DNA of 64,000 bases from the human T2T-CHM13v2.0 reference genome, Homo sapiens. The notes beneath the pieces were generated by a model. That model had not been told where the DNA came from and searched no databases. It saw only the letters and a program-made list of their open reading frames with translations. The stretch lies in assembly GCF_009914755.1 (NCBI RefSeq), contig NC_060929.1; one strand, given 5' to 3'. A program made the translations under genes and the position numbers. Positions 48,340 through 64,000 of the stretch are shown here, in pieces; the first letter of the stretch is position 1, and each line of letters opens with the position of its first letter.

Positions 48340-50100
48340 CCATTCCATGTCTTCTTTCCCGCCCCGCCTCTTGTGCTCCCCACCGCTTTCGTGATGTCCG
48401 CAGTTGCCCACCTGCCTCTACAATAAAAAACGCATCCCTCCTCCTGCAGGGTCCACCGCACCGGGAAGCCCTGTCTGTATCAGTTACCAACCACAATTGC
48501 AGTGAGTACGAATCGTGGCTTTCCCACAGTCAGGAAAGGCAAGGGAGACCGACGACCCGCTTCTCTAGGAGTAAGTAAAGATTAAAGGTAGTTCGCGGTA
48601 TAGCCTAGGCAGGGATTAACCCGTGGTCCCAGCGCTCCTGCTATTTGCATTCCAAAGCAGACACCTCATGCGCTCAACCCCGCCCGCAGGCGGCTCCCGC
48701 AGTCTAAGGGACCTGGCGCGAGTCCGGGAAGCGGAGGGCGCAGCTGCGCAGGGAAGGGGGCCGGGGGCGGGACCAGGGCGCGCGTTCCGGTCCCGGGGCG
48801 TGGCCTCCCGCAGGTGAGTACGCTGCTCCTTCGGTTTCCCTGAAACCTAACCCGCCCTGGGGAGGCGCGCAGCAGAGGCTCCGATTCGGGGCAGGTGAGA
48901 GGCTGACTTTCTCTCGGTGCGTCCAGTGGAGCTCTGAGTTTCGAATCGGTGGCGGCGGATTCCCCGCGCGCCCGGCGTCGGGGCTTCCAGGAGGATGCGG
49001 AGCCCCAGCGCGGCGTGGCTGCTGGGGGCCGCCATCCTGCTAGCAGCCTCTCTCTCCTGCAGTGGCACCATCCAAGGTGAGAAACCTGGCCAAGGAGGGC
49101 TCTTATCTCTGAGGAGCTGGGGTCCTGGGCACGCTGGGCAGACGGTGGGATCCGGGCAGGTGTGCGAAGGCTGTTCTGCTGCCGGCACCCATCTCTACGA
49201 ATCCCTTAGCCTCCCCTTGGTGGCTTTGATGTGAGGTCTCTGCGCCAAGGAGGCACCCAGGTGGGACATGCGGGAGCAGCTGAAGTCAGCGGAGCCGGGC
49301 AGAGGCAGAGATTTCCCCAAAGACCCCACTTCCCGTAGAGGCTGTCATGCTGGGCACCTCCAGGCCCCAGCGTGGGTTCGGGGAAAGGGAGGGAAGGAAG
49401 GAGTAGCTGTGTCTAAAGGGTACGCAGAGGACCTAGTCCCCTCCCCGGGCTTGGTTGCTTTGTAAACACTAAGTCATTAAGAGCTTTTTGCCAACTCCGG
49501 AGACTTCTTCCGCTGGCCCCGCGGGGCCGGTGGGGTTAGCGAGCTGATTGCGCAGGGCAGGGCGGAGTGGGTGGGAACCCGCGGCCCGGGAGCCTTCTAG
49601 GTTGTTTTTTGCGTCCCTCTCCAACTGCTGGAAGCCTTTCTTCGGGTTCTGCCCCCTGCGTTCGAGACCCACCCGGGTCCCGCTGCTCCTGGCACCCACA
49701 GTGGAAGGCCCGGGGTATGTAAGTCAGGGCCGGTCCCTGATGGGTTCTGGTGGTAATGAGCGCTCAGGCCCGTTGGGCGCCACGAGGATTTACGAGCGGA
49801 ACTTTTTGGACCCTGCCTTATATTTGACCAGTTGACCCTCTGGGCCTGGGGTTCCGGGACTTTCCTAGTGTGCCACCCGGAGCGGCCACTGGCTGCCACC
49901 CAGGTCTGCAGGCCAGAGGCTGGCTGGCCTGGGAACAGAGCAGCACTTGCGCCCGGCCGTCGCGTTCCTTGGATGTGCTGCTCCGGGTGTGCTCGAACTT
50001 GTATTGCTGGGAGTGTGTTCTTCCGGGCCCAGCAGGCCTCGCTGTGGCCGTGGGGGATGTTTGACCTGCGATCGCGCCACTGTGATCCTAACCGAGGCCC
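48340..50100 (+). promoter_or_regulatory. F2RL1: CpG island and TATA-less F2RL1 promoter with 5'UTR
   Basis: Sharp rise in GC and CpG content. GC boxes at about 48358-48368 and 48764-48771, CATTCCA (TEAD-type) at 48341 and 48648, octamer ATTTGCAT at 48643, palindrome GCGCAGCTGCGC at 48738-48749. Boundaries approximate. Confidence 0.88.
48995..49076 (+). CDS. F2RL1: F2RL1 (PAR2) coding exon 1: signal peptide MRSPSAAWLLGAAILLAASLSCSGTIQ plus first base of Gly28
   Basis: ATG at 48995, hydrophobic signal peptide, donor AAG|GTGAGA at 49076/49077. The 82 nt (phase 1) join exon 2 in frame. Confidence 0.98.
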
Positions 50101-51374
50101 CTCTGTTTGGGGCAGCCTGGGTAGCAAAGGGAGCTTTTAATTTCCCTCAGAAATGCGCATTTCTCACTTTTATCCTCCTCTTCATAAAGACGAAGTAAAA
50201 GAGCAAGTCACAGTGGGTTGGAATTAGATGGAAGAATGTGATTCTTTTCCCTCTGCAGTTAGGGAAAAGGGTGTTAATGGTGTAAGCTTGAAAACTGTGC
50301 ACCGCTGGTATATTTTTTTTTCTTAATCAGCATCAGAATAAAGGCATTTAGTTCCAGGAAGTATTGAAAACTGTAATGGACACCTCTCCTCTATGTCCTT
50401 TAAAGTTGGAAACTTAAAATTCAGGAGCAAAGGTTAGTATGTGCAAACTTTAAAAAAATACATGTTGGTATAGCTGATTCAACATCTTTATGATTCAGAG
50501 ATCCCTGTAGGAAGCATGCCCCGATTATTTGTCTTGTTCTTGTTTACTACTCTTGGGGGATTGGGAGATCCCTGGATTATAAGGCGAACTTGATTTAACA
50601 ATAAGGAAAAATCAGGTTACTTGTTAACTATAGCCACTTAATATTGCACCTTGTTCCTCATCCTCCCCCCACCATACTTTTATTCCCTTGCAAAGTAACT
50701 TTCCCAAAGGGTTAGTGAAGTAACACTGACAATTGATTTAGGCAGATGGAGCTTTCCTCCCACCTTAAAACTAAATTGATTTTAATAAGAAATACAGTGT
50801 TAGCAAAGCTTTTCTGCCCTCAGGGTGGGTCTTTGCTCACTCGCTTTTTAGCCGGTCCTTCTGCGTGCCCCTCAGGTGGCTGCAGGGCCGATTTGGGGTT
50901 TGATTTTCTTCCCAAAGCCTCACTCCAAAAGACTGCCTCATAGAAACGAACTCAGCCGAGATCACAACCTTCTCAGGGTACAGGTGAAGGACACTGAATT
51001 GAGGAGGCAAGGCAAGGAAAACACTTGGAAATCAGGGCTTCTCTTTCCCTTCACAATAGTAATTGATAATTATTTGGGTAAACATGCTTAATATGTGTCC
51101 TCAGTGCATCGTTAACTCCTGGAGGCAGGGGGCCCTACCATCCTTTCCATCACGTCTAGCATAGTCTCATCACCTACGGGACCTCAGTAAATAGCAAATG
51201 AATGAAGTGAGGAGTCTTGCCCAGAGTACCCTGGCTGGTCCATGTGGTGTTCATTTCAGTCAGCTTCTCTCTGCCACTTACTTATTTTTTTCCACCATGT
51301 TACAGGCCTAGGTCATTCCATTTATCTTTTGGAGACTGGAACTTCTGTTTTCTTTATAATTGGTTTGGTGGTTT

Positions 51375-62400
<11,026 letters not shown>

Positions 62401-62492
62401 TGAATAAATGAATGTACTTTCATTTGAACAAACCAGTGTTACTGCTGAAACATTTATTTCTGTAATGACCCTTGTCTTCCTTTCTTGTACAG

Positions 62493-63604
62493 GAACCAAT
62501 AGATCCTCTAAAGGAAGAAGCCTTATTGGTAAGGTTGATGGCACATCCCACGTCACTGGAAAAGGAGTTACAGTTGAAACAGTCTTTTCTGTGGATGAGT
62601 TTTCTGCATCTGTCCTCACTGGAAAACTGACCACTGTCTTCCTTCCAATTGTCTACACAATTGTGTTTGTGGTGGGTTTGCCAAGTAACGGCATGGCCCT
62701 GTGGGTCTTTCTTTTCCGAACTAAGAAGAAGCACCCTGCTGTGATTTACATGGCCAATCTGGCCTTGGCTGACCTCCTCTCTGTCATCTGGTTCCCCTTG
62801 AAGATTGCCTATCACATACATGGCAACAACTGGATTTATGGGGAAGCTCTTTGTAATGTGCTTATTGGCTTTTTCTATGGCAACATGTACTGTTCCATTC
62901 TCTTCATGACCTGCCTCAGTGTGCAGAGGTATTGGGTCATCGTGAACCCCATGGGGCACTCCAGGAAGAAGGCAAACATTGCCATTGGCATCTCCCTGGC
63001 AATATGGCTGCTGATTCTGCTGGTCACCATCCCTTTGTATGTCGTGAAGCAGACCATCTTCATTCCTGCCCTGAACATCACGACCTGTCATGATGTTTTG
63101 CCTGAGCAGCTCTTGGTGGGAGACATGTTCAATTACTTCCTCTCTCTGGCCATTGGGGTCTTTCTGTTCCCAGCCTTCCTCACAGCCTCTGCCTATGTGC
63201 TGATGATCAGAATGCTGCGATCTTCTGCCATGGATGAAAACTCAGAGAAGAAAAGGAAGAGGGCCATCAAACTCATTGTCACTGTCCTGGCCATGTACCT
63301 GATCTGCTTCACTCCTAGTAACCTTCTGCTTGTGGTGCATTATTTTCTGATTAAGAGCCAGGGCCAGAGCCATGTCTATGCCCTGTACATTGTAGCCCTC
63401 TGCCTCTCTACCCTTAACAGCTGCATCGACCCCTTTGTCTATTACTTTGTTTCACATGATTTCAGGGATCATGCAAAGAACGCTCTCCTTTGCCGAAGTG
63501 TCCGCACTGTAAAGCAGATGCAAGTATCCCTCACCTCAAAGAAACACTCCAGGAAATCCAGCTCTTACTCTTCAAGTTCAACCACTGTTAAGACCTCCTA
63601 TTGA
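62493..63604 (+). CDS. F2RL1: F2RL1 (PAR2) coding exon 2: cleavage site, tethered ligand, 7TM domain and C-tail
   Basis: Acceptor cttgtcttcctttcttgtacAG|GA. Encodes SKGR/SLIGKV, NLALAD, VQRY, CFTP, DPFVYY and a Ser/Thr-rich tail ending VKTSY-TGA. 82+1112 = 1194 nt = 397 aa plus stop, matching human PAR2. Confidence 0.99.
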
Positions 63605-64000
63605 GTTTTCCAGGTCCTCAGATGGGAATTGCACAGTAGGATGTGGAACCTGTTTAATGTTATGAGGACGTGTCTGTTATTTCCTAATCAAAAAGGTCTC
63701 ACCACATACCATGTGGATGCAGCACCTCTCAGGATTGCTAGGAGCTCCCCTGTTTGCATGAGAAAAGTAGTCCCCCAAATTAACATCAGTGTCTGTTTCA
63801 GAATCTCTCTACTCAGATGACCCCAGAAACTGAACCAACAGAAGCAGACTTTTCAGAAGATGGTGAAGACAGAAACCCAGTAACTTGCAAAAAGTAGACT
63901 TGGTGTGAAGACTCACTTCTCAGCTGAAATTATATATATACACATATATATATATATTTTACATCTGGGATCATGATAGACTTGTTAGGGCTTCAAGGCC
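63605..64000 (+). other. F2RL1: F2RL1 3'UTR (partial), with a short (TA)n tract at about 63930-63957
   Basis: Directly follows the stop codon. No canonical polyA signal seen before the window end. Confidence 0.9.

Noticed and set aside
48995-49234. 79-aa ORF as a standalone protein
   Set aside because: It is exon 1 read through the splice donor at 49076.
49268-50198. Overlapping ORFs in the CpG island (up to 176 aa)
   Set aside because: Expected in GC-rich DNA; many have non-ATG starts and none shows protein-like features.
62420-63091. 223-aa antisense ORF over exon 2
   Set aside because: Shadow frame of a hydrophobic 7TM coding region, with no recognisable domain or independent promoter evidence.
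62408-63604. 398-aa ORF as the main, single-exon gene model
   Set aside because: A canonical acceptor at 62492 and a matching signal-peptide exon give the known 397-aa protein. Kept only as a speculative isoform.

Overview
Primate, almost certainly human, genomic DNA from the protease-activated receptor cluster. The only protein-coding gene is F2RL1 (PAR2, a class A GPCR) on the + strand: coding exon 1 at 48995-49076 in a CpG island, a 13.4 kb GT-AG intron, and exon 2 CDS at 62493-63604. Together they give 1194 nt (397 aa) with the SKGR/SLIGKV cleavage site and tethered ligand, followed by the start of the 3'UTR. The upstream 48 kb is intergenic and very Alu-rich (roughly 80-90 Alu copies or fragments in the window by eye). 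It also holds a full-length SVA about 5 kb upstream of the promoter, ERV LTRs (two MER41A-type, LTR7, MER4-type, MER48-like, MLT1/MLT2), old L1/L2/MIR fragments and a U13 snoRNA retrocopy. Almost all other ORFs in the track are Alu, SVA or antisense artefacts. I see no evidence for a wholly new gene system. The best unexplained signals are: (1) an old inverted repeat of about 108 bp with AP-1 sites in both arms, one arm split by an LTR; (2) splice signals in the F2RL1 5' region that could yield alternative isoforms; (3) an open, in-frame hydrophobic extension in the last 85 nt of the intron; (4) a perfect 18-bp hairpin with a templated insert in the intron; (5) a strong CTCF motif. Repeat family names come from memory of consensus sequences, and repeat boundaries without TSD evidence are approximate.
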